Counted from the stretch's first letter, positions 1 through 9,506 are shown. The stretch: DNA of 64,000 nt from Gammaproteobacteria bacterium (GCA_009845905.1 VXYS01000004.1:151285-215284), one strand, 5' to 3'. Notes: generated by a model not told the origin, from the letters alone. Program-made: numbers and translations.

Positions 1-2
1 CC

Positions 3-1292
3 GCCGGCGCGCAGAACCTGCTGGTCGAGAACGTTTCGCTGCTGGACGGTACGGGTGGTCCCGCCGTTGCCGGAATGTGGGTAGCAGTGGAGGACGGGCG
101 CATCAGCGCCGTGGACAATGCGCCGCTCGAAACGCCGGCCGGCGCCGTCGTGCTGAATGGCGACGGCCGCTACCTGATGCCGGGCCTGGTGGACATGCAC
201 ATCCACCTGCGCGGCGGAGTGCGCACCCCGCCCGAAGGGCTTCAGGAACCGCCCTCCCCCAACTTCGAGGAAGGAATTCAGGCGCTGCATGGCTATCTGT
301 ACAGCGGATTCACAATGCTCTACGATGCGGGCAACGACCCCGACTTCATCCTGGCGCTAAGGGAAAAGGAGCGCGCCGGAGAGATCGAAAGCCCGCGCAT
401 TTTCGCCACCGGCGGGATCGTGACCTATCCGGGCAGCCACGGCAGCTCGGCAGGCGCCACGCTGGTGGATGACTGGCCGGAGGCCAAGCCGCTGCTGGAT
501 GCGCACATCGCGCGCGAACCCGACGTGCTCAAGCTCACCTACGAGGAGCGCGGCTGGGGCTCGCGGCCCACCATTCCGCGCCTGCCCGTCGAGCTGATGC
601 AGACCATCGTGGAGTACTACAACGAGCGCGGCATCCGCACCACCGTGCACACCTCAAGCGAACTGCGCGCCCGCCAGGCCATTTTCGCCGGCGTGGACAC
701 GCTGGCGCACCCGATCATCCAGGGTCCGGTTACCGAGCAATTCGCTCGCCTGATGGCCGCCAAGGGCGTTCCCATGGTCACCACGCTCACGATCGGCGAG
801 AACTACGCACGGCTGGTCGAGCAGCCCGAGTACCTGGACCAGCCGATCTACCGGGACACGATCAACCCGGACGAAATCGAGACGCTCAGGACCGAAACCC
901 GCGCGGAATACGAGGCGCGGCCCTGGACCTGGTGGATGAAGGTGATGACCGAAATCGCCAAGGAAAACGTGCGGATGGTCCACGCCGCGGGCGGAGTCCT
1001 GGTGGCCGGATCGGACCAGTCCTCGGGACCGGCGGGACACCGCGAACTGGAACTGCTGCAGGACGCCGGTATCGCGGCTGTCGACATCATCCCCATCGCG
1101 ACGCTCAACGGCGCGGTCTTTCTAGGCATGCAGCACAAGTTCGGATCGATCGAACCGGGCAAGTACGCGGACATGGTACTGCTCGACGCCAATCCCGCCG
1201 AGGACATCAACAACGCCAAGGCCATCGTGGAGGTTATCAAAGGCGGCAGAGTCATCGACCGCTCCGCCCTGAGCCTGCCCGTCAACCGCTAA
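3..1292 (+). CDS. Amidohydrolase family protein, 5'-truncated by window edge
   Basis: Frame is open from position 3 (AGAQNLLVENVSLLDGTGG...). Metal motif DMHIH and C-terminal GSIEPGKYADMVLLDANP are typical of the family. Confidence 0.85.
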   Translation, partial: AGAQNLLVENVSLLDGTGGPAVAGMWVAVEDGRISAVDNAPLETPAGAVVLNGDGRYLMPGLVDMHIHLRGGVRTPPEGLQEPPSPNFEEGIQALHGYLYSGFTMLYDAGNDPDFILALREKERAGEIESPRIFATGGIVTYPGSHGSSAGATLVDDWPEAKPLLDAHIAREPDVLKLTYEERGWGSRPTIPRLPVELMQTIVEYYNERGIRTTVHTSSELRARQAIFAGVDTLAHPIIQGPVTEQFARLMAAKGVPMVTTLTIGENYARLVEQPEYLDQPIYRDTINPDEIETLRTETRAEYEARPWTWWMKVMTEIAKENVRMVHAAGGVLVAGSDQSSGPAGHRELELLQDAGIAAVDIIPIATLNGAVFLGMQHKFGSIEPGKYADMVLLDANPAEDINNAKAIVEVIKGGRVIDRSALSLPVNR

Positions 1293-2938
1293 CCTGGGTG
1301 GGAGGGCGTCCCCTGGGAGCGAGGACGTCCCCCGGGGGCGAGGGCGTCCCGCCCTCGGGGAAGACGGGACGTCTTCCCTCCCGGGTCGGCGGCTCCAGCG
1401 GCGGGCTGTATTCGCTGCCGGTAACGCGCTTCGATGAAGTCGAGGCGCTCCCGGGAGACGCCCCCGCGCACTTCGTCCTCAATGCCGAACACGAGCCAGC
1501 GGTCGTCTTCCTGCCGGTATTCCGGCCATTGCAGGCGGCTCCCCCCGTTCGGATCGCCGTTACGCGCGAAGTCGAGCCAGTAGCCGAACAGGCGTCCCGC
1601 CAGCGCCTGCTGCCCGGCATCGGGCAGGTCCGCCCCGGAAAAGAGCAGCCTGCGGTCGTAGCCGTGCGGCGCGCCCGGCGAGTCGCTCGGGGGCCCGGCG
1701 ACGGGGACATCCAGGTAGTAGATCCATGCCGGGGAGTTCCTGCGCGCCATTCCCATTGCGAGCGTCCGGGCGGCAAGCAGGTAGCGATTGTCCCCGAACA
1801 GGCGCTTTATGCCGATATCCGGAGACTTGTCGAAGTCTTCCCGGTAAAGAGCCCGCGCGGCCGGATAGTCCGCGCCCCAGATGCGTTCGTACGCTTCTTT
1901 CGATATCCCCGAAACCGGCATGATGATGCCTTCGTAGCTGGTTCCGCCGGTCATGACGGGCACATCGTGCTGTTGGCCGGCCAGGAACAGTACGCCGGGT
2001 TCTTCGCGCAGCGTGACACCATCGACCAGCGGCAGGTGAAATCCCTCGACGGCTCTCATCAGCGCCATCGCATCCAGGGCCCGCAACTCGTCGAACGTGT
2101 CCGCGTCGGGAGAAACGCGGTCGATCAGCTCCCGGGCCAGCGACTCCGCGCTCTGCGCGGGATTCAGATCCATGCCCAGCGGGCCGGGCGTGGGAGCGTC
2201 GGCGGTGCGCGGAAGGGCCCAGGTTCCATAACCGCTCTGCGCAATGGCGCCGTGGAACAGCCCCCGCGCCGCGTCGTTCGCCAGCAGCATGCTCACCGCC
2301 ATCCCACCCGCGGACACGCCGAAGACGGTAACCCTGCCCGGATCGCCTCCAAAGGCGGAAATGTTGTCCCGCACCCATTCCAGCGCCATGACCATGTCCA
2401 GCAAGCCGAAGTTGGCTACCGGGCCCTCGAGCGCCGGATGCGCGAAGAAACCGAGCGGTCCCAGCCGGTAGTTGATCGAAACGAAGACAACGCCCCGCGC
2501 TGCGAACAAACCACCCGGCACATCGCTGGTGCCCGCAACGAAGCCGCCGCCGTGAATCCAGACCATGACCGGACGTGCGCCGCCGTCAACGGCGGGCGTC
2601 CAGACATTGAGCGTAAGACAGTCTTCGTCCATTGACCTGACGGGCCGGACCTGGGGACAGGACGGACCGAAATCGAGCGCCTGGCGCACGCCTTCGTGCT
2701 TCGGCTCCGCCTGCGGCGGCAGCCAGCGACGATCTCCGGTCGGCGCGTTGCCGTAGGGAATGCCGCGAAAAACCAGCGCGCCGTTCTCGACGGTCCCTTC
2801 AAACGCGCCTTGCGGCGTTTCAACTACGTTTCCGGCAGACGCCGCACCGGCCGTAAGCACCCAAAGAAGGAATGCGCCAAGCAGAAGCCGAGCGCCCAAG
2901 TCGCAACTACCCTGCCCCGCCTCCTGCGAGCCGGACAC
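1289..2938 (-). CDS. Carboxylesterase type B (secreted); C-terminus runs through a repeat element
   Basis: FRGIPYG, EDCLTLNVW, WIHGGGF, INYRLGPLGF and catalytic G-V-S-A-G motifs; hydrophobic N-terminal signal. Confidence 0.9.
   Translation of the reverse strand: MSGSQEAGQGSCDLGARLLLGAFLLWVLTAGAASAGNVVETPQGAFEGTVENGALVFRGIPYGNAPTGDRRWLPPQAEPKHEGVRQALDFGPSCPQVRPVRSMDEDCLTLNVWTPAVDGGARPVMVWIHGGGFVAGTSDVPGGLFAARGVVFVSINYRLGPLGFFAHPALEGPVANFGLLDMVMALEWVRDNISAFGGDPGRVTVFGVSAGGMAVSMLLANDAARGLFHGAIAQSGYGTWALPRTADAPTPGPLGMDLNPAQSAESLARELIDRVSPDADTFDELRALDAMALMRAVEGFHLPLVDGVTLREEPGVLFLAGQQHDVPVMTGGTSYEGIIMPVSGISKEAYERIWGADYPAARALYREDFDKSPDIGIKRLFGDNRYLLAARTLAMGMARRNSPAWIYYLDVPVAGPPSDSPGAPHGYDRRLLFSGADLPDAGQQALAGRLFGYWLDFARNGDPNGGSRLQWPEYRQEDDRWLVFGIEDEVRGGVSRERLDFIEARYRQRIQPAAGAADPGGKTSRLPRGRDALAPGGRPRSQGTPSHPG
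1293..1385. repeat. Palindromic REP/MITE-like element, family A, composite copy
   Basis: Starts CCTGGGTGGGAGGGCGTCCC directly after TAA. Contains GAGGGCG-TCC-CGCCCTC and GAAGACG-GGA-CGTCTTC hairpins and ends CTCCCGGG. Confidence 0.85.
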
Positions 2939-2953
2939 GGCCGCCTGTCCGTC

Positions 2954-3580
2954 CTAGTCCGTTTCCGGAGCTGCGCAAACCCCGGGCTTGGCGGCGATCA
3001 GCGCCTTGGCCGCGACAAAGCGCGCCCGGTTCTCGTCGGTGGTGGCGAGCGCCTCGCCGGAAATGAACACGCCGAATACCGGTTCGCCCTTGCCGTCATA
3101 GAACAGCACGCCCTGCACGCGGCCCTCGCCCTCGCCGATCTCAAGGTCGAGGGCGTAGATTGCCGCAAATTCGTCAGGACGCAGGTGACCGCGCAGCGGC
3201 TTCGTGTACTCGATATTGAAATACTGGCTTCGTGTGGATGGAGCGCCAGGCGAAACACCGCTCAATACCTCAAAAACGGTGCCTCCCTTGGTGATCAGGA
3301 AACTGGCCTCCGAGACTTCGGACAACGCCGCCCACACTTCCTCAAACGCGCTTCCCGGCGCGGATACGGCCTGTTCGGCAGGCAATGCGGCAACCACTTT
3401 AGCCTCGGGCAATCCCAGGCGCCGGGCGGCGGTAAACGGCAAAACGCCGGCAGATTCCTCATAAAAGGCGCGCACCTGCTCGCGTTCCTGATCCGTAGCG
3501 CAGATTTCCTCCGCCAGCGCTGCGTTCAGGGCCATCAGGCCTGTAAGCGCAATGGACAATTGAACAGTTCTGGTTTTCAT
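2954..3580 (-). CDS. ChuX/HutX-like (heme-binding fold) protein with signal peptide
   Basis: ARRLGLPEAKVVAALP, FEV, YFNI, GHL and FYDGKGEPVFGVF resemble the ChuX/HutX pattern. Start moved to ATG 3580 (MKTRTVQLSIAL...ALA). Confidence 0.6.
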   Translation of the reverse strand: MKTRTVQLSIALTGLMALNAALAEEICATDQEREQVRAFYEESAGVLPFTAARRLGLPEAKVVAALPAEQAVSAPGSAFEEVWAALSEVSEASFLITKGGTVFEVLSGVSPGAPSTRSQYFNIEYTKPLRGHLRPDEFAAIYALDLEIGEGEGRVQGVLFYDGKGEPVFGVFISGEALATTDENRARFVAAKALIAAKPGVCAAPETD

Positions 3581-3634
3581 GGCTGGTTTCCCCTTCCCGA
3601 CCTCCACTCCGGTCGGCAGGCCAAAAAATGGATT

Positions 3635-4807
3635 CTATCCGCGCGCGGCGAAGAAGGCGTGCATGCGGTCCATCGCTTCCTCCAGACGCTCATAGGGCTC
3701 GGCGCCGAAACACACGCGCAAATGCCCTGCCCCCGCCTGTCCGTAGAACGATCCCTCCTCCACGCAGACGCTGGTCTCCTTCAGCAGCGCCCGCGCCAGC
3801 TCGGCGTCGTCCCAGCCGGTCCCTGAAATGTCCGGAAACGCGTAGATGCTGCCCTCCGGCGCCGGACAGCGCACGCCCGGCATCGCGTTCATGCGCTCCA
3901 CCACGAGGTCGCGGCGGCGGCAGTCTTCGCGCACCATTTCCTCGACCGCCTCCTGGGAGCCGGACACGGCCGCGCGTCCGCCCTCCTGGATGAACACGTT
4001 GACGTGGGCGATGTCGTTCTTCGAGATCTTCAGCATGGCGTCGATGAACCGCTTCGGGGCCACGGCGTAGCCCATCCGCCAGCCGTCCATTGCGTACGCC
4101 TTGGTGAAGGCGAAGTGCGTAATGGTCCGCTCCCACATGCCGGGCAGCGAAGCGATGCTGATGTGCCGGGCGCCGTCGAAGACGATCTGTTCGTAGACGT
4201 CGTCCGACATGACCAGGAGGTCGTATTCGATCGCGATGTCCGCCAGTTCCTGCAGCTCTTCGCGGGTATAGACGCGTCCCGTGGGGTTGGCCGGGTTGAC
4301 CAGGACGATCATGCGGGTGCGCGGGCTCAGTCGTTCGCGGATCGCCTTCCCGTCGAGCGCAAAATCCCGCGAACGGTCCAGGGGCGCCGTCACCACCACG
4401 CCTTCCGCCAGTTCGATCTTGTTGATGTGCTGAGGGTAATACGGAGAAAGCAGCATGACCTCGTCACCCGGATCCAGGGCCGCCATGCAGGTGATGTAGG
4501 CCCCGTGCGTCAGACCGCTTGTCACCAGGATCTCGTCGAGGGCCGCCTCGATGCCGTTCCGGGCGGCCAGCTTCTCCGCCAGCGCCCGGCGAAACGGCTC
4601 ATTGCCCAGGAAATCGCCGTAATGCACCATCCCGGAATCCAGGGCCGCCTTGCAGGCTTCCTTGATATGCGCCGGCGTGTCGAAGCTGGGCATGCCCACT
4701 TCCAGGTGGATCACGTCGACGCCCTGCGCCATGAGCGGCAGGGCTTCCTCGTACATGCCGAAGCTCTTCTCCGAACTCTGGACGATCCGGTCTGCGGGCC
4801 ATTTCAT
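3635..4807 (-). CDS. PLP-dependent aminotransferase class I/II
   Basis: NPANPTG, SDDVY and FTKAYAMDGWRMGY (PLP lysine) motifs. Confidence 0.92.
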   Translation of the reverse strand: MKWPADRIVQSSEKSFGMYEEALPLMAQGVDVIHLEVGMPSFDTPAHIKEACKAALDSGMVHYGDFLGNEPFRRALAEKLAARNGIEAALDEILVTSGLTHGAYITCMAALDPGDEVMLLSPYYPQHINKIELAEGVVVTAPLDRSRDFALDGKAIRERLSPRTRMIVLVNPANPTGRVYTREELQELADIAIEYDLLVMSDDVYEQIVFDGARHISIASLPGMWERTITHFAFTKAYAMDGWRMGYAVAPKRFIDAMLKISKNDIAHVNVFIQEGGRAAVSGSQEAVEEMVREDCRRRDLVVERMNAMPGVRCPAPEGSIYAFPDISGTGWDDAELARALLKETSVCVEEGSFYGQAGAGHLRVCFGAEPYERLEEAMDRMHAFFAARG

Positions 4808-4828
4808 ACGCGTGTCCTTCTTCCTGTT

Positions 4829-6418
4829 TCAGCGGTCCCGGAACACCGAGCCCGGCCGCTCGACGAAAGGCTCGCGCCAACCGGGGAAGCGGTCGCGGAA
4901 TATGTGGTTTTGTCCATAGTGCGTGTCGAGCAGGATCGCCTTGGCCGAGCCGCCCCGCCACAGGTCGTATTCCGGCGCCGAATGGCGCGCAAAGAAGTGG
5001 GTAAGCCGTGCGTCCAGTTCCGCCACCACTTCCGCGTGCGCCGGATCGTCGATGAGATTGCGCTTTTCTCCGGGATCGTCGGCCAGGTCAAACAGCGTGT
5101 GAGGCTCGCCGGTGTCGAACCGCTTCATGTATTTCCAGCGCCCGGAGCGCACGACGCGGACCGTAACGAACTCGAAAAACGCCGTGCTGTCCCATTCCGT
5201 TTCCGCGTCTTGCAGCATCGGGGCAAAGCTGCGCCCCCCGGAGTTGCGGATCTCGAGCTCCTCGAGGCCCACGAAATCGAGCAGGGTCGGGAACACGTCC
5301 ACCTGGTTGATGAATTCCTCGCGCACCGCCCCCTCGGGCACCCGTCCGGGCTGCGAGAACATCAGCGGCACCTCCATGTTGACCTGGTGCACGGTGAACG
5401 GAAAGCTCCAGGACGTATTGCCCCAGAGGCCGCCGTGTCCGAACCGCGAGCCCTGGTCGGAGGTGTAAATGACCAGCGTGTTCTCCCGCAGCCCCTGTTC
5501 CTCCAACGCTTCCATCAGCCGCCCTACCCCGTCGTCCACCATCGTCGTTTCGGCAGCCGTATTGATCATCGCCACGGGATTGTTGATAGCGTTGATCGCG
5601 CGCCAGGCGGTGGTGCCGTCGCGGACCATTTCGCCGGTCGGGCTCCTGCCCCGCGCCCAGGCTTCCAGGTAGGGATGGATGGGCTCGTGCGGCATCGACG
5701 GCGGGTTCTGACGGTAACGCTCCGCGTGCCGGTTGCGGGGCGGAAACAGCACGGTCGGCGGCAGCATGTACGGACCGTTGTACGACAGGTACAGGAAGAA
5801 AGGCTCCTCGCTGCCCTGCCGCTGCCCGATGAACTCGATCGCCTTGTCCGTCCAGAAGTCTGTGAGGTGCTTCTCCACGCGGTAATGCCGGCCGTTGTCG
5901 ATCACCTCCTGGTCGTAGAAGGTAGTCGTATGGCCCGACGGGAAAGTCACCCACCACGAGAACCCCAGTTGCGGGCGCTCGTGCCGCCCCAGGTGGTACT
6001 TGCCCACCAGTCCGGTGAAGTAGCCGGCGTCCGCCAGCGTCTGCGGCAGGTTGCGGAACTCCTCGATCGCCGACCAGCCTTCCAGCTCCGGCTGGGGAGG
6101 CAAGGCCACGTGTATGCCTGTCTGCGAAGGCATGAGGCCGGTCAACAGGGCGGCGCGCGCAGGCGAACAGACGCCGCTGGCCGCGAAGGCGTTGCGAAAC
6201 AGCACGCCCGAACGGGCCAGCGCGTCGATATTGGGCGTTGCGATTTCGTTGTTGCCGTAGGCGCCCAACAGGCGCGCGGACTGGTTGTCCGAAACGATCA
6301 GGATGACGTTCGGACGCTCTGCAGCGGAAGATTCCTGCGCGGCCGCGCCCGGAAACACCGCGGCCAACAGAAGTGCGAGGCCGGGCAGCGATCCTGCGGC
6401 TTTGATGGTGGTCGTCAT
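4829..6418 (-). CDS. Sulfatase (Cys-type formylglycine), secreted
   Basis: PNVILIVSDNQ, CSPAR, GKYHLG and YTSDQG motifs. Start moved to ATG 6418, followed by a signal peptide. Confidence 0.9.
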   Translation of the reverse strand: MTTTIKAAGSLPGLALLLAAVFPGAAAQESSAAERPNVILIVSDNQSARLLGAYGNNEIATPNIDALARSGVLFRNAFAASGVCSPARAALLTGLMPSQTGIHVALPPQPELEGWSAIEEFRNLPQTLADAGYFTGLVGKYHLGRHERPQLGFSWWVTFPSGHTTTFYDQEVIDNGRHYRVEKHLTDFWTDKAIEFIGQRQGSEEPFFLYLSYNGPYMLPPTVLFPPRNRHAERYRQNPPSMPHEPIHPYLEAWARGRSPTGEMVRDGTTAWRAINAINNPVAMINTAAETTMVDDGVGRLMEALEEQGLRENTLVIYTSDQGSRFGHGGLWGNTSWSFPFTVHQVNMEVPLMFSQPGRVPEGAVREEFINQVDVFPTLLDFVGLEELEIRNSGGRSFAPMLQDAETEWDSTAFFEFVTVRVVRSGRWKYMKRFDTGEPHTLFDLADDPGEKRNLIDDPAHAEVVAELDARLTHFFARHSAPEYDLWRGGSAKAILLDTHYGQNHIFRDRFPGWREPFVERPGSVFRDR

Positions 6419-6516
6419 ACGCCGGGAGAATACCCGCAAGCAATCGGTGTGTGCAAAGGGCGGGCTAAAATGACTGATCGATCCCGCAGGGGAGACACAT
6501 AGCGGCAGGAAGGTCA

Positions 6517-7587
6517 ATGAGCGACTCAACCCAAAAGCCCGTAATCGCGAAATACAAGCCGTATTTCGCCGAGCTGAAAAAAGACAAACGGTATTTCTGG
6601 TGCGCCTGCGGGCGTTCGAAGAACCAGCCTTATTGCGACGGCTCGCACAAGGGGACCGGCATGGCGCCGATTCCCTACAAGGCGCTCAAGGAAGGCGAAG
6701 AGGTGCTGTTCTGCGGCTGCAAGCACACGGGGGAAGCCCCGTTCTGCGACGGCAGCCATAACAACCTGCTGGAAGAGTACGAGACCGAAGACCCCCTAAG
6801 CCCGGAGAACCGCGCGATACCCCAGGCCGCCCAGGCCGCACCCGGCCGCGTGGTTCTTGATGGCGGCTGCCAGGTCGCGCGGGTGGAACAACTGGCCGAT
6901 GAGGGCGCCGGGGTCATTGAAGTCCGCAAGCTGATCGGCGCGGAGGACGGCGCGCGCCATCAGTCGCAGTTTCACCTGTGGCTGGGCCCCGGCTATTCGC
7001 AGGCCATGGAATTTCCGGGCTGCCAGGTGCTCCTTTTCGTCAAGGACGATACGGGTGGGCTCACCATCGGCCGCCAGGAATTCGCGCTTGCGCCCCGCAG
7101 CGGTGCGTTCGTGCGTCCCGGCGAGGCGTTTGCGCTGACCGCACCGACCGACCGGCCCCTCAACGTGTACGCCAGCACCTTCCCGCAGTTCGAGGGCCCC
7201 CGGTGGCTTCAGGAACTGCCGGACCGCTTCGACACAAACTACCCGGACCGCACCATCGCAATGGACCGGGACAAGGCCACGCCGATGGCCGACCGCTTCT
7301 TCCAGGTCCTGATCGACAAGCGCCAGGGATTCGAGAACGGCGCCCAGTTCATCGGCGAAATTCCGCGGTCCAAGGCGGTTGCCCATAGGCACCTCTACGA
7401 GGAAACGCTGATCATGGTTTCAGGCGAAGGCTGCCTCTGGACGGACAACGTGAAGACACCGGTCGAGGCAGGCGACGTGATTTTTCTGCCGCCAAAGCAG
7501 CGCCACTCGCTGGAATGCACCAGCGAGGACGGAATGCTGGTGGCCGGGGTGATCTTCCCCGGCGACAATCCCTCGATCAACTACTAG
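6517..7587 (+). CDS. Fusion of two CDGSH [2Fe-2S] motifs to a bicupin
   Basis: CACGRSKNQPYCDGSH and CGCKHTGEAPFCDGSH; C-terminal cupin HRHLYEE...GDVIFLPPKQRH. Confidence 0.8.
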   Translation: MSDSTQKPVIAKYKPYFAELKKDKRYFWCACGRSKNQPYCDGSHKGTGMAPIPYKALKEGEEVLFCGCKHTGEAPFCDGSHNNLLEEYETEDPLSPENRAIPQAAQAAPGRVVLDGGCQVARVEQLADEGAGVIEVRKLIGAEDGARHQSQFHLWLGPGYSQAMEFPGCQVLLFVKDDTGGLTIGRQEFALAPRSGAFVRPGEAFALTAPTDRPLNVYASTFPQFEGPRWLQELPDRFDTNYPDRTIAMDRDKATPMADRFFQVLIDKRQGFENGAQFIGEIPRSKAVAHRHLYEETLIMVSGEGCLWTDNVKTPVEAGDVIFLPPKQRHSLECTSEDGMLVAGVIFPGDNPSINY

Positions 7588-7599
7588 AAATCGCGGAAA

Positions 7600-8463
7600 T
7601 CAGCCGGTCGGCTTCACGAAGAGAAGCGTGAAGCGGTCGCTTTCGCCGATCGCCAGACTCTTGATCCGCTGCGCCTCGTCCACTTCGGGCCAGCCTTCGA
7701 ACGCCAGGTAACGAAGCGTGGGCGGCAGACGCCAGACACGCTTTTCGTAGTCCTTGTCGTCCATCGGGTTGTTGTTGATGTCGCTGGTCGCGACCAGTTG
7801 CCATCCGGCCTCCTCGGCAAGCCTGATGGTATAGCCCTCGTTGACGTAACCGGATACGGCCTCGGGGTCCTGCCGGATCAACGGATTCCCGCGGTGTTCG
7901 ACGATACCCAGGTGGCCGCCGGGTTTCGCCGATACGTACATCATTTCCAGCATCTCGTGGATGCTGCCGCTGGTCATCCAGTTATGGATGTTCCTGAAGG
8001 TCAGCACGAGGTCGGCCGATCCCGGCTCGATGGGCCTGAAATTGTCCCCGCTGATGCTCACGACCTCGGCGTCGCCGTACAGTTCCCTGTCGGCGTCGAT
8101 CAGCTCCGCGAGCTCGTAGAAGGCGCCCTGGGCCCACTCGCTGGTATCGGGGTCCCACATCGTTGCAAAGTACTTGCCCGTGCCGGCGACGACGGGTGCA
8201 ATGATCTCCGTATACCAACCGCCTGTCGCATTGATTTCCAGCACCGTCATGTCTTCCCTTAGACCAAAGAAAGTCAGTGTTTCGTAGGGGTTGCGATAGG
8301 CGTCCCTGGCCCTTTTCTCCGCCGATCGATGCTCGCCGGTTATGACGGCGCGCAGGCGCGCGTCGGTGGAGTCGCCGGCATGGCTGTCTGCGAGTGCAGT
8401 GGAGCCGAAGTATGCCGTAAATAGCGCCAGGGCAAGCACCGGGGATTGTCGTATGAACTTCAT
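7600..8463 (-). CDS. Class I SAM-dependent methyltransferase with signal peptide (COG4798-like)
   Basis: RDAYRNPYETLTFFG, VLEINATGGWYT, FRNIHNW and ESDRFTLLF motifs. Start at ATG 8463. Confidence 0.8.
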   Translation of the reverse strand: MKFIRQSPVLALALFTAYFGSTALADSHAGDSTDARLRAVITGEHRSAEKRARDAYRNPYETLTFFGLREDMTVLEINATGGWYTEIIAPVVAGTGKYFATMWDPDTSEWAQGAFYELAELIDADRELYGDAEVVSISGDNFRPIEPGSADLVLTFRNIHNWMTSGSIHEMLEMMYVSAKPGGHLGIVEHRGNPLIRQDPEAVSGYVNEGYTIRLAEEAGWQLVATSDINNNPMDDKDYEKRVWRLPPTLRYLAFEGWPEVDEAQRIKSLAIGESDRFTLLFVKPTG

Positions 8464-8494
8464 TTGCGGTTCCTTCTTAAATCCGAACGCCATC

Positions 8495-8568
8495 TGGAGG
8501 CCAGGGCCGGAATTGAACCGGCGTCCACGGATTTGCAGTCCGCTGCATAGCCACTCTGCCACCTGGCC
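8495..8568 (-). tRNA. tRNA-Cys (GCA)
   Basis: GGCCAGGTGGCAGAGTGG...CTGCAAA...GGTTCAATTCCGGCCCTGGCCTCCA; cloverleaf with encoded CCA. Confidence 0.97.
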
Positions 8569-8617
8569 TGGCTGTTCGGCAGGCCGCGCCCCGCCGCGCT
8601 GATTCCTGCCGGAAAAA

Positions 8618-8692
8618 TGGAGCGGGAAACGGGACTTGAACCCGCGACCCCAACCTTGGCAAGGTTGTGCTCTACCACTGAGCTATTCCCGC
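8618..8692 (-). tRNA. tRNA-Gly (GCC)
   Basis: GCGGGAATAGCTCAGTGGTAGAGC...TTGCCAA...GGTTCAAGTCCCGTTTCCCGCTCCA. Confidence 0.97.
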
Positions 8693-8706
8693 TCGAAGCG
8701 GCGCCG

Positions 8707-8736
8707 AGTCTAGCAGTAACGCCGCTCCCGATTCAA
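8707..8736 (-). promoter_or_regulatory. Putative sigma70 promoter for tRNA-Gly/tRNA-Cys
   Basis: Minus strand TTGAAT-18 nt-TAGACT with extended -10 TG, about 14 nt upstream of the tRNA 5' end. Confidence 0.55.
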
Positions 8737-8741
8737 TAGAC

Positions 8742-9488
8742 TCAGGAGAAGAAGGTGCCTCCGTTGATGTCGAAACTCGCGCCGGTAATGAAGCTTGCCC
8801 GGGACGAGGCAAGGTAGGCGACCAGGTCCGCGACTTCCCGGGATTCTCCCTCGCGCCGCAGCGGCGTTCCCGCCGCGACGTTGGCGCGCACGGCGTCCTT
8901 GGTGAACGTGTCGTGGAAGGTGGTGTCGATCATTCCCGGGCACACGCAGTTGACCCGGATGCCGCTCGGCCCCAGTTCCTTGGCCATCGCCCGGGTAAGC
9001 GACATCACCGCGCCCTTGGACGTCGAGTAGGCCGCCGCACCCGGACCGCCGCCGTCCCGTCCGGCCTGCGAGGCAAGATTGACGATGGATCCACCCTCCG
9101 CCATGTGGGGAAGAACGCACTGCGTCGTCAGGAAGGTGCTGGTCACGTTCAGCCGCAAGACATGTTCCAGGAACTCCTCATCCATCTCCGGCAACGGCTT
9201 TCGCGCGACCATGCCACCCACGACGTTGACCAGGACGTCAATAGAGTCGCCGAATGCGCGGCGGGTCTCGGCCACCAGCTTCTCGACGTCCCCGCGCCTG
9301 GTCATATCGCCGGCGACGGCGGTCGCGGTTCCGCCCGCCTGCCGAATGCTCTCGACCGTCTCCTGCCCCGCGGCGGCATTATTGAAATAGTTGACGACCA
9401 CGCGGGCGCCGGCCTCGGCCAGGGCCAGCGACACGGCCCTGCCGATGTCCCTGGAACCGCCGGCGACGATTGCTACCTTGCCTTCCAT
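8742..9488 (-). CDS. Short-chain dehydrogenase, putative DEH (4-deoxy-L-erythro-5-hexoseulose uronate) reductase
   Basis: GGSRDIG and YSTSK SDR motifs; last gene after two alginate lyases, so substrate is inferred from context. Confidence 0.75.
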   Translation of the reverse strand: MEGKVAIVAGGSRDIGRAVSLALAEAGARVVVNYFNNAAAGQETVESIRQAGGTATAVAGDMTRRGDVEKLVAETRRAFGDSIDVLVNVVGGMVARKPLPEMDEEFLEHVLRLNVTSTFLTTQCVLPHMAEGGSIVNLASQAGRDGGGPGAAAYSTSKGAVMSLTRAMAKELGPSGIRVNCVCPGMIDTTFHDTFTKDAVRANVAAGTPLRREGESREVADLVAYLASSRASFITGASFDINGGTFFS

Positions 9489-9506
9489 ACCTGTATCCCC
9501 CAATGA

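Noticed and set aside
1293-1385. Repeat units as a possible CRISPR array
   Set aside because: No regular repeat-spacer period, copies are dispersed, and no cas genes are present.
4004-6502. 832-aa plus-strand ORF, and similar long antisense ORFs (e.g. 932-2635, 21277-23115, 29166-30893, 51262-52938)
   Set aside because: Each mirrors a motif-supported gene on the opposite strand.
8495-8692. Prophage or integrative element at the tRNAs
   Set aside because: No integrase, phage or conjugation genes, and no duplicated tRNA 3' end was seen.
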